A DNA stretch of 64,000 bases from Octopus bimaculoides (lineage: Eukaryota): positions 37,965,968 through 38,029,967 of the forward strand of contig NC_068984.1 in assembly GCF_001194135.2 (NCBI RefSeq), given 5' to 3'. Below the pieces are notes generated by a model. That model saw only the letters and a program-made list of their open reading frames with translations, was not told the origin of the DNA and ran no database searches. A program made the translations under genes and the position numbers. This document shows positions 38,230-51,520 of the stretch, piece by piece. How positions within the stretch are numbered: position 1 is the first letter of the stretch; each line of letters opens with the position of its first letter.

Positions 38230-39863
38230 TGAACATGTGCATATGTATATAGATTTAGAAAACAACATTGACTGATTGCGCAAGGCAGCAACATTATATA
38301 TATAGTGATTATTTATAACACTTGTCATTACTTTTTATAATATAAAGTTTTGAATTTTATCACAGCATCGTACAGTTGTCAGTGATGTAAAACTTAGTTG
38401 GTGGTTGCTTTAAGCCTTTTTATACAATCATTTCTGTTCAAAATTTATTAGACTAGTACTGCATACATTTGAATTGTAAAGCATTTTCATCCTCAAATAG
38501 GTATCAGGTACTATATTATTAGGATTCATTTGCAGTTAGATTCTTAACTGTCTTTACTTCAAAAATGGAAGTTATGAAAGAAAAAAAAAATTTCTATTTT
38601 CATAAAATTGTTCAGACGTTCAAGTGTTTACGAATTTAAATATCTAAAGTATTTAAATAATGGTTAACTATATTTATAGTAAACAAGCGATTAAGCTCAT
38701 CTGATAAAAGTGTGATCTACATTTATTGCATATGATTAAATATCCTTTAAATCTAACATCAGGAAAATATATTTACATTAAAATCAATATTTATCATCTG
38801 ATTTCTGTGTCAAAATTGGACTTCGCTGAATTTAGACATACCAATTATTGATTTGAAATGAAAGTATGAATCTTATAAATCTATTCATTGACTTTTTTTT
38901 TTATTTTTCTAAACCTCTCTAAAGATGATAATAAAAATAATTCAATAATATTTCTGAATTAAATAATAAATACACAGATAGATTTGAAGACTTATTTTAT
39001 TCAAACTATAAATATTAGGGAAGAAAATTAAGAAAACTTAACAAAAACAAACTAATCACATATTGTAATTGTAAATTACTGTTGCTAATTGTTGATGTTT
39101 TCATAGGTATTTTACCTAAGAATAAACTCTGGTTGTGATCCAATCATTTTCAGTGTGTGTGTGTGCGTGCATGCATGTGTGTGCATGTCTAATACTTTCA
39201 CACTCTTGTAAAATTTTGTTTTGGGAAGGGGCTTAATGTTTATCACAAGATCCTGTGAAATCACATGCAGCAGAGTCTGATGTGGTTTTCACCTATTTCA
39301 TTCTATACCATGTCATTTTACCATTTGCAAATATTCTGATATGTTATTTACATCCATTTGATTTTCTTTGTTCCCAACCATGAACCCAAATACTATGAGT
39401 ATAAATCACATTTCTTAAGCCACATTGACAAATCTAGATTATATTGAATTTTTATTTAAAGGTACAATTCTTAACCTGGAGGAAATTTAAAGCATTCAAG
39501 TGGCAAGATTGCTTTTAGGTTGAAAATTTATTTACATTGAATTCATTTTTTCTTGGTGTTGATTTTTTTTTTCAAGACTAATTTTTTTCTTAATATATGG
39601 GAAACAGGGTTACATAATAAACTGGTAAGGAGGGAATGCTGGAAAGAAAAAAAAAGATTAAGAAACAATGATTTAAAGCAACTAAAGTTTATTTCATTTA
39701 TAATAATCTTTCTTGGACACAGATGAAACCTGAGTGCAATGAACTTCATATTGTCCTACAGTATTGCAATATTTTACAGTTGAAGTGGCTGTAAAGAACA
39801 AAACAAGTACCCAGCTCTCAGTGAGAATTTGTTAGAAACATATCAGTAGTGGTAAACTGTATC

Positions 39864-40213
39864 GTTCGTTCGTCGTTGGCACGACGTCGAGGGTTCCAGT
39901 TGATCCGATCAACAGAACAGCCTGCTCGTGAAATTAGCGTGCAAGTGGCTGAGCACTCTACAGACACGTGTACCCTTAACGTATTTCTCAGGGATATTCA
40001 GTATGACAAGGCTGGCCCTTTGAATTACAGGTACAACAGAAAGTTGTGGAAGAGTACAGCAGGGTTCGCCACCATCCCCTGCCGGAGCCTCGTGGAGCTT
40101 TGAGTGTTTTCGCTCAATAAACACTCATAACGCCCGGTCTGGGAATCGAAACCGTGATCCTATGACCGTGAGTCCGCTGCCCTATCCACTGGGCCATTGT
40201 GCCTCCACTGCCA
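39864..40213 (-). mobile_element. Full-length tRNA-derived SINE (family 2) with 11-bp TSD
   Basis: Reverse complement of 36609-36961 over most of its length. TSD taaactgtatc at 39853-39863 and 40214-40224. Confidence 0.92.
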
Positions 40214-43200
40214 TAAACTGTATCAATATATTGCTGATCTATAAGAAACATTATTTCCAATTTTTCATGTCTCGGTGGGGCATTACCAGGCTTGAGAACT
40301 GATTTGGTTATTGTTTAAATAAATAAATTATAGTTGGTTTATTTAGTACATTTATAGAACTCTAGGAGTTGCAAGGATGACGACAGTTTAAAATGAATGA
40401 AAGAGGAAATGATGTTGAGTGCTAATGTTAATCTAGCTGTTACTATCTACAATTTTAGGTGTTTTTGTTACTATACACTTCAGCCTACTTGAATATTATG
40501 ACAAAATATAAAATAGATATCCACTTAGATAAGCTAATAGTAACTTGACAGCTGCTATCACTAACATTCCCCACCATGACCACCATCTATTTTTGAAACC
40601 AATAAATATGCTTTACTAACATTTAAACTACATCACTAACTTCATACTCTTAAAGTTCATAATTCTTATTAAATTACACTATATCATTGGATGGTATAAA
40701 AATTGGAATAAAAATGATTTAATTAGAAATATATTCCTATTTGAATTTAATTAGAGATTTCTTTATTTTCTGTTTTATCATTTGAATCCTTCGGGTCTAG
40801 AAATAGTAAAATGGCTTCCATGAAATGGCAAACATTTAATGAAATTCTGGTTTCTACTAAGTAGTCATAATTACTTCCTTTTATACTTTTCTCACTATAA
40901 CTATCAGTTACTTTTAATCATAAATTGTGCAAAGAGCACAATTTGTGGTTACAGATAACTCATAGTTGATACATGTCAATTTATAATTAACCATAATTTT
41001 GGTTTCCTTTTTAAGTTGTAACATCCTTGAACACTAAGTTGAATCTTGTATAGGAAATTTGTTGCATCCAATGAAATGTTTGTCATAAAGTGTAGTTGTT
41101 TGGTATTTTAGCTGCTAAAATATAGTCTTGAATTGAAGTTAAAACTAAAGAATATGCAATCACTTATTTTTTTCTGTTGCTTCAACTTTTGTTAAACTAA
41201 TGTGTGTCAAATATAATTTTTAAAAATATCTCTTAATATCATAGGTATTTTCAAGTCATTGATATCCTTAGTTGGTATAGCTACACAATAGTAGCTGCAT
41301 GGTATTGCTGTGATTAGAACATGGGGTTAGATTTTTTTTTTAATGATTATCAGTACTCTTCTACTTGGGGTAAATAATGTTTATATAATATTAAATTATG
41401 CTGTTGGGATGTTTTCCCTTTTTAATATGATCGACCTAAACATACTTTTTTTTATATTTTGCTGATTCTTGTCAGATGAGTTTGCAAATTAAAAAAAGTG
41501 TCTCGGAAATGTTTAAACAAATTCCTTTTAGACATCCTTTACATCTGAATACTCTTCTTTCATATCAACTGTTCTCAACTGTACAATGAAACTGATGCCT
41601 ATTTTTCTGCTTGATTAGAATGAGGAAATTAAGGTAATGTGCCTTGCCTAAGGGTACAATATAATGCCTGTGGCAGGGTTTGAATAGTCCAGTATCTTAA
41701 CCATTCAGCCACCATTAAAGCTTTCTTTTGGAGGCAGTGTGAACGTGTTTTCATATCTTAAAGACCATTTTCATTATTATTACTTCTGATTTGTGCTAAT
41801 ATCCAGAAGTATCTCATCCATCCAAAAATCTTATTCCAAGGTACATTGTTTTAAACATACTGATGGTTTATATTTTTACTGTTTCATCTTGTAAAGTGAT
41901 CCTGCAATCAAGCTGGTGTTGTTCACTCGAGTGTTTTTAGAACCTGGTGAGCGGGGGAAGAAAGTTTTGTATTTGATCTTGCCATCATCTCTCTATTAAT
42001 ACAAACCTCTTCTCTTTGTTTCTCGTAATCATCTAGAAAAAAAAGCAGAAATCAATTCATTAAACCATATCATATTTACAGTTGCTTATTTTATGACTAA
42101 AATAATTTCTTTTTCTCAGTAACTATGTTCTGTGAACATAACTAAATAATTGTTGACTGTTTTATTCCTAAAACACAAGCCAACTTCATGAGTTTAAAAT
42201 ATTTATAAAAGAAAAATTTTTTTTTTTTTTTTTTNNNNNNNNNNNNNNNNNNNNNNNNNNNNNNNNNNNNNNNNNNNNNNNNNNNNNNNNNNNNNNNNNN
42301 NNNNNNNNNNNNNNNNNNNNNNNNNNNNNNNNNNNNNNNNNNNNNNNNNNNNNNNNNNNNNNNNNNNNNNNNNNNNNNNNNNNNNNNNNNNNNNNNNNNN
42401 NNNNNNNNNNNNNNNNNNNNNNNNNNNNNNNNNNNNNNNNNNNNNNNNNNNNNNNNNNNNNNNNNNNNNNNNNNNNNNNNNNNNNNNNNNNNNNNNNNNN
42501 NNNNNNNNNNNNNNNNNNNNNNNNNNNNNNNNNNNNNNNNNNNNNNNNNNNNNNNNNNNNNNNNNNNNNNNNNNNNNNNNNNNNNNNNNNNNNNNNNNNN
42601 NNNNNNNNNNNNNNNNNNNNNNNNNNNNNNNNNNNNNNNNNNNNNNNNNNNNNNNNNNNNNNNNNNNNNNNNNNNNNNNNNNNNNNNNNNNNNNNNNNNN
42701 NNNNNNNNNNNNNNNNNNNNNNNNNNNNNNNNNNNNNNNNNNNNNNNNNNNNNNNNNNNNNNNNNNNNNNNNNNNNNNNNNNNNNNNNNNNNNNNNNNNN
42801 NNNNNNNNNNNNNNNNNNNNNNNNNNNNNNNNNNNNNNNNNNNNNNNNNNNNNNNNNNNNNNNNNNNNNNNNNNNNNNNNNNNNNNNNNNNNNNNNNNNN
42901 NNNNNNNNNNNNNNNNNNNNNNNNNNNNNNNNNNNNNNNNNNNNNNNNNNNNNNNNNNNNNNNNNNNNNNNNNNNNNNNNNNNNNNNNNNNNNNNNNNNN
43001 NNNNNNNNNNNNNNNNNNNNTTTTTTTTTTTTTTTTTGTCTTTTCAAGAAACCTGTTTATTGTTCATAACTTTAACTGCCAACATAACTAAGATTAATAA
43101 TTTCTTACTTTCGTACAAGGTACAAATTTTGGATATGAGGTACAGACAGTTTGATCTCAGTACTCGACTAGTACTTGTTCTTATCAACCCTGGAAGAATA

Positions 43201-43397
43201 AAAAGGAACATGAACTCTGGCAAGATTTGAACGCAGAAATATATAGAAAGGCATATTGTCACGTACTCACCAGTTTCATCCATGTTGTTTAATAAGAATA
43301 TGTATGTGTATGCTAACAATTACCATTGCTAATTATCCTTGATATAGATGGCACTGTACCTCTCTCCACACCAGAAGGAGTTACTAAGCTTAAGAGT

Positions 43398-43429
<32 letters not shown>

Positions 43430-43529
43430 NNNNNNNNNNTTTTTTTTTTTTTTCTTCTTCTTTTTCAACCTTAAGGATTTGCAAGTATATGATAATTCAT
43501 TGAGCAGTAATTCTTGTAATAATTATTTT

Positions 43530-44013
43530 GATATGTGCCTTCAGGCAAATGTTTGCACGAATCTTCCTTTCAGATGCTACCCACTTACTCTTCCCATCCA
43601 GCCCACCTGAATGGGAAGAATCAGAACAGCCATAATCAATGTAAGTTAAGTCTGGTGGGATTGTTAAAATGGTTGACAGGATGTATGTAGATGTGTTCTG
43701 TGTGCAAGAAACAAGATGGATAGGGGCCTCAGCTAAACTTCTCACAAAGATATAAATTCTGAATAGGCATAGTGATGTGACATACTTTTGCTAGGGAAAT
43801 GGGTAGATAAGGTGATTGAGATAGTCTAGTCTGAGTGTACGATGGGATAATTAAGCTTAGACTAGTCTTGGGGAAAAACACAGCAGCAACATTTATCTCA
43901 GCATATATCAAGACTGGCAAATGAACTAAAGGACTGATTTTTATAAGGTGCTTTTGCAGATTACTTTGACCAATGGCAGTGATTTGGACATGTTGGGCAA
44001 TAACCTGATAGAT
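43530..44013 (+). mobile_element. Old RTE LINE, 5' part (APE endonuclease relic)
   Basis: gatgtgttctgtgtgcaagaaacaagatgg = DVFCVQETRW; KWVDKVIE; ggacatgttggg = GHVG. Frameshifts and stops throughout. Confidence 0.75.
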
Positions 44014-45146
44014 TAAGTAGGAAGGTAGATAAAACACAAACCCCTTCAGGTAGATGGCCCTGCTCAGTAGGTAGTAACTCTATAAGATGTACCCGGTGCA
44101 AGCTATGGACACATAAGAGGTGCAGCAACATCAAAGGCAGGTTAACTAGCAAGTTAGTTTTTGTTTGTGGCAGATGTTCAGGTGCAATAAAGACTGTAAA
44201 CAAACAGGAAACAACTTCTATCTCATTCCAGGGTGAAAAACTAGAGGTAGTCGATAGCTTCCGCTATCTGGGCGACCAAGTTAGTAGTGGGGGTGGGTGC
44301 GCTGAAAGTGTAGCTGCTAGAATAAGAATAGCCTGGGCAAAGTTTAGAGAGCTCTTNNNNNNNNNNNNNNNNNNNNNNNNNNNNNNNNNNNNNNNNNNNN
44401 NNNNNNNNNNNNNNNNNNNNNNNNNNNNNNNNNNNNNNNNNNNNNNNNNNNNNNNNNNNNNNNNNNNNNNNNNNNNNNNNNNNNNNNNNNNNNNNNNNNN
44501 NNNNNNNNNNNNNNNNNNNNNNNNNNNNNNNNNNNNNNNNNNNNNNNNNNNNNNNNNNNNNNNNNNNNNNNNNNNNNNNNNNNNNNNNNNNNNNNNNNNN
44601 NNNNNNNNNNNNNNNNNNNNNNNNNNNNNNNNNNNNNNNNNNNNNNNNNNNNNNNNNNNNNNNNNNNNNNNNNNNNNNNNNNNNNNNNNNNNNNNNNNNN
44701 NNNNNNNNNNNNNNNNNNNNNNNNNNNNNNNNNNNNNNNNNNNNNNNNNNNNNNNNNNNNNNNNNNNNNNNNNNNNNNNNNNNNNNNNNNNNNNNNNNNN
44801 NNNNNNNNNNNNNNNNNNNNNNNNNNNNNNNNNNNNNNNNNNNNNNNNNNNNNNNNNNNNNNNNNNNNNNNNNNNNNNNNNNNNNNNNNNNNNNNNNNNN
44901 NNNNNNNNNNNNNNNNNNNNNNNNNGGCACATAAAAGACACCATTTCGAGCGTGGCCGTTTTCGTGCGGGTGACACGTAAAAGCACCCACTACACTCTCT
45001 GAGTGGTTGGCGTTAGGAAGGGCATCCAGCTGTAGAAACTCTGCCAAATCAGACTGGAGCCTGGTGTTGCCATCCTGTTTCACCAGTCCTCAGTCAAATC
45101 GTCCAACCCATGCTAGCATGGAAAGCGGACGTTAAACGATGATGAT
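44014..45146 (+). mobile_element. Young 5'-truncated RTE insertion (spans a gap) nested in the old RTE
   Basis: 44014-44356 encodes PSGRWPC...CKLWTHKRC...CGRC...VVDSFRYLGDQ...RIAWAKFREL and is collinear with 63845-64000. 44926-45146 is the RTE tail ending gttaaacgatgatgat. Confidence 0.88.
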
Positions 45147-45149
45147 TCC

Positions 45150-46878
45150 AAAATGTACAATGTTTGCTCTGGCTTTGGTCCTAGAAAGGTCAGAACAAGG
45201 TTGTTGGGGGTTTTGTGATGAAAATGACCTGATGAAACCAGCCAGTCATCTAATCACCTAACAGTCTGGTGAGCACAGAAGCTGGATTTATTGCATCTTC
45301 ACCAGAAAATGGAATAGATAGATGCTTTTGAATATAAAGTCTGGGTGAGGAATGTATAGCCTAACAAAGGTTAGTGGGTAGTGATTTCAGACTTAGAGCT
45401 AAAACCAGTCTGGAAAAGAATGTTACAAAAGCTTAAAGATTCAGTGAACAGTAAGAAATTTAGAGAAGTATGAGTTGAAGCATTTGATAGGAAAGAGGAG
45501 ATACGTATATTGGAGAAGAAAACTGGAAATTCCTTTAGGACAACCTACTGGGGCTACAGACCAAATCTGGCTGTTACAAAGTTCCAGTCAGATCAAGGAC
45601 AATGTAATGGTAAAATGAGGCAAAAATGAAGAATGGGAGTAGCAGAGAATTAGACCAGGTTTATTTAACAAGGAGGAGAAGCTGAATGGAAGTAGTTTGC
45701 CAATGTGTTACAATATAAGGATCAAAGGCATGAGGTATTGTGGATTGCACTTAATGATTCTGAAAAGAAAGAGGAATGCATGGGAGAAAGATGGTCTTCC
45801 TAATGTGAACCTAACAGAGAGAGCAGCTATCCTAGTTGGCAACAGTATAATAGATAAAGAAATTAAGGGTATGAAAGCAGGGAAAACTCCTGAGTTAGTA
45901 GTGGAATGGGATATAACCTAATGATGGTAACAAAAGGTCCTTCTCTCAGGGTGAAAGGCAGATAGTATAATGCATGTGTACAAAGAGTGTTGCTTCATGG
46001 CAAGGAAAAGTAAACTATGAATGCAAAAACTAGAAAGGAACGAAGCTAGTATGTTCCTTGGATGTACAACAAAGTGCAAATGTGTTGTGAAAAATTGGGC
46101 TCTAATTGTGTTTTTTTTTTAAATGAGAAAGATACATGACTGTAAAGTGAACTATAATTTAAAAGAACAATAAAAGAAATCAAGGAGACAGTTGTATAAA
46201 GAAGTGCTGATTGTTAAATGTGGATGGAATTTGTAGAAGGAAACACAGGATGAAATAATGGTGATTTACTGTGCTTGAAAAAAAACATCCATCTCAACAA
46301 AAGTGAGGTCCTAAATGCTTCATATTTATGTATACATATATATGTTTATACCTAGTTTTCCTTTAAGAGAAAAATTGGGCATAAGAGGCATCAGATGTGT
46401 GCCAGAGAGGAAACTGCACTGGTTTGGTTATGTGATATGTATGAATGAGGACAGCTGTGTAAAAAAGTGCTGGGCTCTATCTAATTGTGGAGGGAAGATG
46501 TGGGATGAAGTGGTGAGAAAGCATCTTCAGATGCTGGGTCTCACTGAGGAAATGACAATTGACGAGGAGTTGTGACAATTTGCTGTACTTGAGAAGACAC
46601 CATGCTAAAATTGCTGTCATCCATACATACAGGCTTGTCCTTTACAGGTGCTGGTGCCACACAAAATGCACTTGTGCCAGTGCTGTGTAAATGCACCCGT
46701 GCCAGTGGCATGTAAGAAACACCCAGCACACTCTGTAAAGTGGTTGGCATTAGGAAGGGCATCCTGCTGTAGAAACTTTGCCACAACAGACAATTGGAGT
46801 CTGGACAGCTGCCTGGTTGGCCAGCTCTTGTCAAACAGTCCAACCCATGCCAGCATGGAAAATGGACATTAAATGATG
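45150..46878 (+). mobile_element. Old RTE LINE, 3' part (degenerate)
   Basis: IDKEIKGMKAGKTP (compare MKTGKAP at 63057); LREKLGIRGIR...KLHWFGYVICMNEDSCVKKC...WDEVVRKHLQMLGLTEEM; tail at 46640-46878. Confidence 0.75.
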
Positions 46879-47517
46879 ACCCAATTGGTCTTGTCCCTGC
46901 CGTAGCACCTAAACTCCCTGTCAAACCTTCTTCATCTCTCATCTAAAACTAAGGCACTGTTTAGCTGCTATAATCATATGAGTAGAATATGCACACATCT
47001 CATCCCTCAGTAACGTCTCATCTCCTTGGATCCACTTCCTTTTAAAATACATCCCTCATTCTCAATATCATCCCTTCCTACTTCATTTTCCACAATCGTC
47101 CCTTTCTGTGCTAAGATACATCTGAGGACTGCCATAACCTTATTTTTTTTTTTATCTGCTATTATTCTCATCATTCTGATATATCTGCTATTGAAGGCTT
47201 CCCTCTCCACTTTCACAATACCCATCCCCACATACACTGACATCCATCTCTGTCACTGTACATCTTTCTGTCGTCACCCCCACTCTCCCAACCCATACAT
47301 CATCTACATATTTTCTGATCTACCTACAAGTTTGTTATGCTGCTGCTGCTCACCTCCCTGTACTGCCACTTATTACCTCCTGTTTCCTAAATCACTCCTA
47401 TTCCTCCACCTTCTCCCACCTTGATATTTACCTTCAACCACACCTCCACTCAAGTTCTATCCACTACGTTCTCCTCTACACCCATCTCTAACCATCTGTT
47501 ACTCTCTTTTCACACCA

Positions 47518-47880
47518 ATCATCATCATCATCATTTAATGTCCGCTTTCTATGCAAGCATGGGTTGGACGATTTGACTGAGGACTGGTGGACCAGGAGGA
47601 GACACCAGGCTCCAATCTGATTTGGCAGAGTTTCTACAGCTGGATGCCCTTCCTAACGCCAACCACTCCGAGAGTGTAGTGGGTGCTTTTACGTGCCACC
47701 GGCACGAGGGTCAGTCAGGTGGTACTGGCGATGGTCACACTCGAAATGGTATATTTTACGTGCCACCTGCACAGGAGCCAGTCCATCGGCACTGGCAATG
47801 ATCTCGCTTGAATGTCTTCACGTGCCAGGGAGGCGACGTTGGTAATGATCAACGACCACGCTCGAAATGGTGTATTTGGA
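47518..47880 (-). mobile_element. RTE 3'-UTR/tail repeat
   Basis: Reverse complement of the tail at 44926-45146 and 14140-14517, starting (atc)n tttaatgtccgctttc. Confidence 0.85.
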
Positions 47881-49149
47881 ACTTATCTATTCTGCCTGAT
47901 TCTTTGTCCATATTCTTTCCTAAATTCAACTTGTTTCTTGAGAGTATGCTCTGACACTAAGTCACTGCCATTATTGTTTTCTTTCCAGCTACGCCATCTC
48001 ATATATAATGTTCGGTGGCCACATATCTCCTCTAAGCAAAACACTCTGTCATGCATTAACGTCGCAACACCTGGCGTAAAGCCACCTATCTCTCTTTAAT
48101 ACAACCATACTCAGTTGAGAGTCTTTTCTTTGTCTTGATGACCTCACTTAGTGCTTGTGTTATCAAAAAAGCACCGTAAAGTGGTTGGCATGAAGACGGG
48201 CATCTAGCTGTAGAAACCATGTGAAAACAGAGACTAGAGTTCAACACTGTTCTCCAGCTTTCTCAATTTCATGATAGCTTAAAACTATCATCTTGGAAAT
48301 AGATAAACAACTCGTTTTTATTGCATAATAGAATCATATAAAAAAAAAAACTTTGCATGTTGTGATTTTACTTCAATCATTTTATCCCAGCTTATATTTA
48401 ACAAATAAAAGTTATGAAGTCCCAACCAGCTGGGAAGAAAAGTATTTCCTCTTATGACCATCCTTGTAATAATTGAAAGGATGTACAATTTAGTGGAAAT
48501 CGTTTTTAAATCTTGAAGGATTGGATAGATATGCTTATAAGGTGTGGTTCAGTGTTGACTATATTGTTCATTGCCAATAGAAATGTTACTTTGCTACTTG
48601 AAGATATAACCATACCTACTTCCTTAAATATACACACAGACATATATATACATATTTATCCATTGTTTATGCTAATCTGAAATAACAGATTAGCATAATC
48701 AATAAGGTACCAACTTAGTGACAAAATGTTCACAGGTTCATGTCCCATCATAGCACTATGCTGTAAAGCTAATGGAAAATCACATTTTAACTCCAGTTCC
48801 GTGACTGAGGCCACTCCAGCTAAAATTACATTTAGCTAATCTGTATTATACTCTTTAGAATAGTGGGATGAGATTTTTAGCAGCTTGTACTATGTAGAGG
48901 GCTCTTCTCTTAGAATCACATGTTACTGTGATCAGTGTTAGAAACAGCAAGACTAATGTATAATTCTTTAGTTAGCTTTTAGTGCTGAGCTGAATTCTTC
49001 CTCATAGATTTAATTTTGAGTTAAAGCTTTAGCAGGGTGATAAAATCTGAAGTAGTAAAATCCTCAGGTGTATACCTCCACATGCAAAGCATTGGTTTAT
49101 TTCCTGATTTCTGTCGTGTTTTTTAGAAAACACTTTATCTCTATTCTGA

Positions 49150-49795
49150 CTATTTCACACTTGCTTTATTTGCTTTATGTTCAATTTCCTCTGTGTCGTG
49201 TCTTAATTTGACTCTCCTTTCAAATTCTTCTGACATTTACTGTAGAGTTACATCCTGGTTTTGTTCTGGCTTTGTAAGAATTCTAGTTCTAACTTCTGCA
49301 TCCTTTTTGGCAGTAAGTCCTTGTGTAAAAATCAGGCATTTGAACATATCTGGCATTAATTTGTCCAGCTTAAGCTTCTTGCATTCCCTGTTTACTCTTC
49401 CAGCATATATGAAGTAGTCCTTGTCGTTATTTTTCTCTATGTTCAAACATTTCCACCGTGTGTTAAACAATGAGCTTTTTTTCATTGAAAATTTTACACA
49501 ATATATCTATTGTGTCATTAAAGTTTATGTTCGAAGGTTTTCTTGTGAGTACATAATTACTGTATCATTCATGTTCTGTTGCTGCTAGTTTTCTCAAAAT
49601 TAAACGGGTTTCCATTTTCTCATCCCAATCTTTACATTCTTTCTTGAAGATTTGCTCATATCTTATGTAGTATGCTTCGAAGGTAACTTCTTCATCAGGT
49701 TCATATTTGAACTCTGTTTGGAGTTCATGACATAGTCTGCTGAGAACACTTTTTCTGACTTTCCTGACAACTTCAGTAATTGCATGTGGTTGCAA
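49150..49795 (-). mobile_element. Ty3/Gypsy LTR-retrotransposon gag relic
   Basis: ORFs 49795-49565 and 49485-49237 join through one stop and a +1 slip in an A-run: EFKYEPDEEVTFEAYYIRYEQIF...RLILRKLAATEHE*YSNYVL...KSSLFNTRWKCLN...FKCLIFTQGL...DAEVRTRIL. Resembles K02A2.6-type gag. No LTRs or pol seen. Confidence 0.8.
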
Positions 49796-50125
49796 AGCAA
49801 GCTTTTTAACCGTGTAGTCATTGCTAAATAATTTGGCTTAAACTATAGAAAACCTCAGAAATATTTTGTATGTATGTATATGTGTGTGCGTGCACATTGT
49901 GTGTATTCTCTTGTCTAGGCATCATGTCATGGTTGTAAATGAGCTACATGATCATACAAGTGAGGTTCTTTATTTTCAATCTTCTGAAAAAAAAGTCTAG
50001 CTGTAGGAAAATATTACTTTGCTTGGAAATGGGTAAAGGCTGGCAGCAGAAAATCTGCCTCAACAAATTCTATCTGATCCAGCAAGCAAGGAAACATGAA
50101 TGGTTTAATGGTGATGATAATGAAT
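49790..50125 (+). mobile_element. tRNA-derived SINE (family 1, long form, degenerate)
   Basis: gcatgtggttgcaaagcaagc head; ttgcttggaaatgggt...gcagaaaatctgcctcaacaaattc tail. Confidence 0.55.
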
Positions 50126-51326
50126 AATCTATGGACCTTTAGTGTTGTATCCCTTTCTCAGTTAACATCTGCTCCACCCTCCATTAAAATTAATGTTGCT
50201 TTTAGACAATTAACTCAATTTTCTTTTAAAAAGTGAAATAATGAAGATGGAAAAAATAATTAAAATGACAAACCAATTAACTTTAGAATTTATGTTTAAT
50301 ACACAGTTTACTATTTATCAGAGTAAGAACTGAGATTGGTCAGACACTGGACTTCAAAAAATATATTTGAAATATAAAATAAGATCAATGTTCGAAATTT
50401 GTAAAAAGCACATCTGAAGATCCCACTGGTTGAAATATAGCAAGAAAAATAAATTCTCTAAGAGTCTCATATTATAGCAAGATTGTCTCGAAACATTATA
50501 TATGTATATCTTTGGGTAATGGTGAATTTCAAAACAAGAGGAAAGGACAGGTTTGATATTTTCTTCCCCTCTAACAATTTTGGTATAGCAACTTCTTTTT
50601 TTTTCCCCCCCAATAGAGTTAGCTTCAATCAGATATAGACTGAATATGTGCGTTTCACTGCAAGATTCAGTAAACAATGGTTTGTATTAATTGTTTGGTA
50701 TGAAATGTTCCCAAACAATCAATTTTCTATTAGATAAAAGCTGTTACCATATGGATGTATGATATATAGCTGCACAAACAGGAAATGCTTCAGAGAAGGA
50801 CACTTCAGTTAGTAAGTTAACAGAAAATAACCCTTCCTTGATTGTTGGAACCAGTGTATTTGATATAACTTTTCACTACTTCCAAACCATACTTATTTCA
50901 AAATTCAATATCTGACAAAGCTGCAACGATTTCATGAATCTTCAAAAGAAAATATCTTTCTAATGGTTATATTTTCTTTTCTAGATTAATTACACCATTA
51001 TGGAATTGGACTTTTAGTGTTCATAAATAAATTTAAAATATAATTTTTATAATAGAGTTAAATATATAAAATGATAAGAAACATATAAAAGAAAATTTTA
51101 ATAGTCAAATTGAAATAAAATAAAATAAAAGTTTTTTGGTACTATTTATAATTTTAACAAATGTCATTTATGTGAAACGACAAAACAAAAATTGTGTTAT
51201 GGGATAACAAGTAAAAACTCAACTAATTACTTTTGGACAAGAACAACTTTTTTAAAACAGTTTTCTTCATGAAACTTCTAACAATATATAAATAGAAAAA
51301 TTTATTAACTTAAAATTCAGCAGTAG

Positions 51327-51520
51327 TTATTTTTCTATATCCCCATTTTTATTCCAGATCTTTTGCATGATGTTAATAGCAACACCAATTGTTAGAGCAC
51401 CAACTACCATTCCCTGAGCTTTCACTCTCAAGTGCATTAGGTATACTGAAGTAGACATTTTTCCACGGTTTTTGTAATTATAAATTCCATATGCAACAGC
51501 ACCAATACAACCAGCAATCC
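51327..51520 (-). CDS. HIGD1: HIG1 domain family protein (HIGD1-like), last coding exon
   Basis: ttccacag acceptor at 51521-51523, phase 1. GIAGCIGAVAYGIYNYKNRGKMSTSVYLMHLRVKAQGMVVGALTIG matches the HIG1 RV-x-AQG motif. Stop at 51329-51327. Confidence 0.93.

Noticed and set aside
41465-41525. Hammerhead-like CAGATGAG...CTCGGAAA-TGTTTAAACA
   Set aside because: The core is mutated (CAGA instead of CUGA, no U16.1) and stem I is weak; at most a dead relic.
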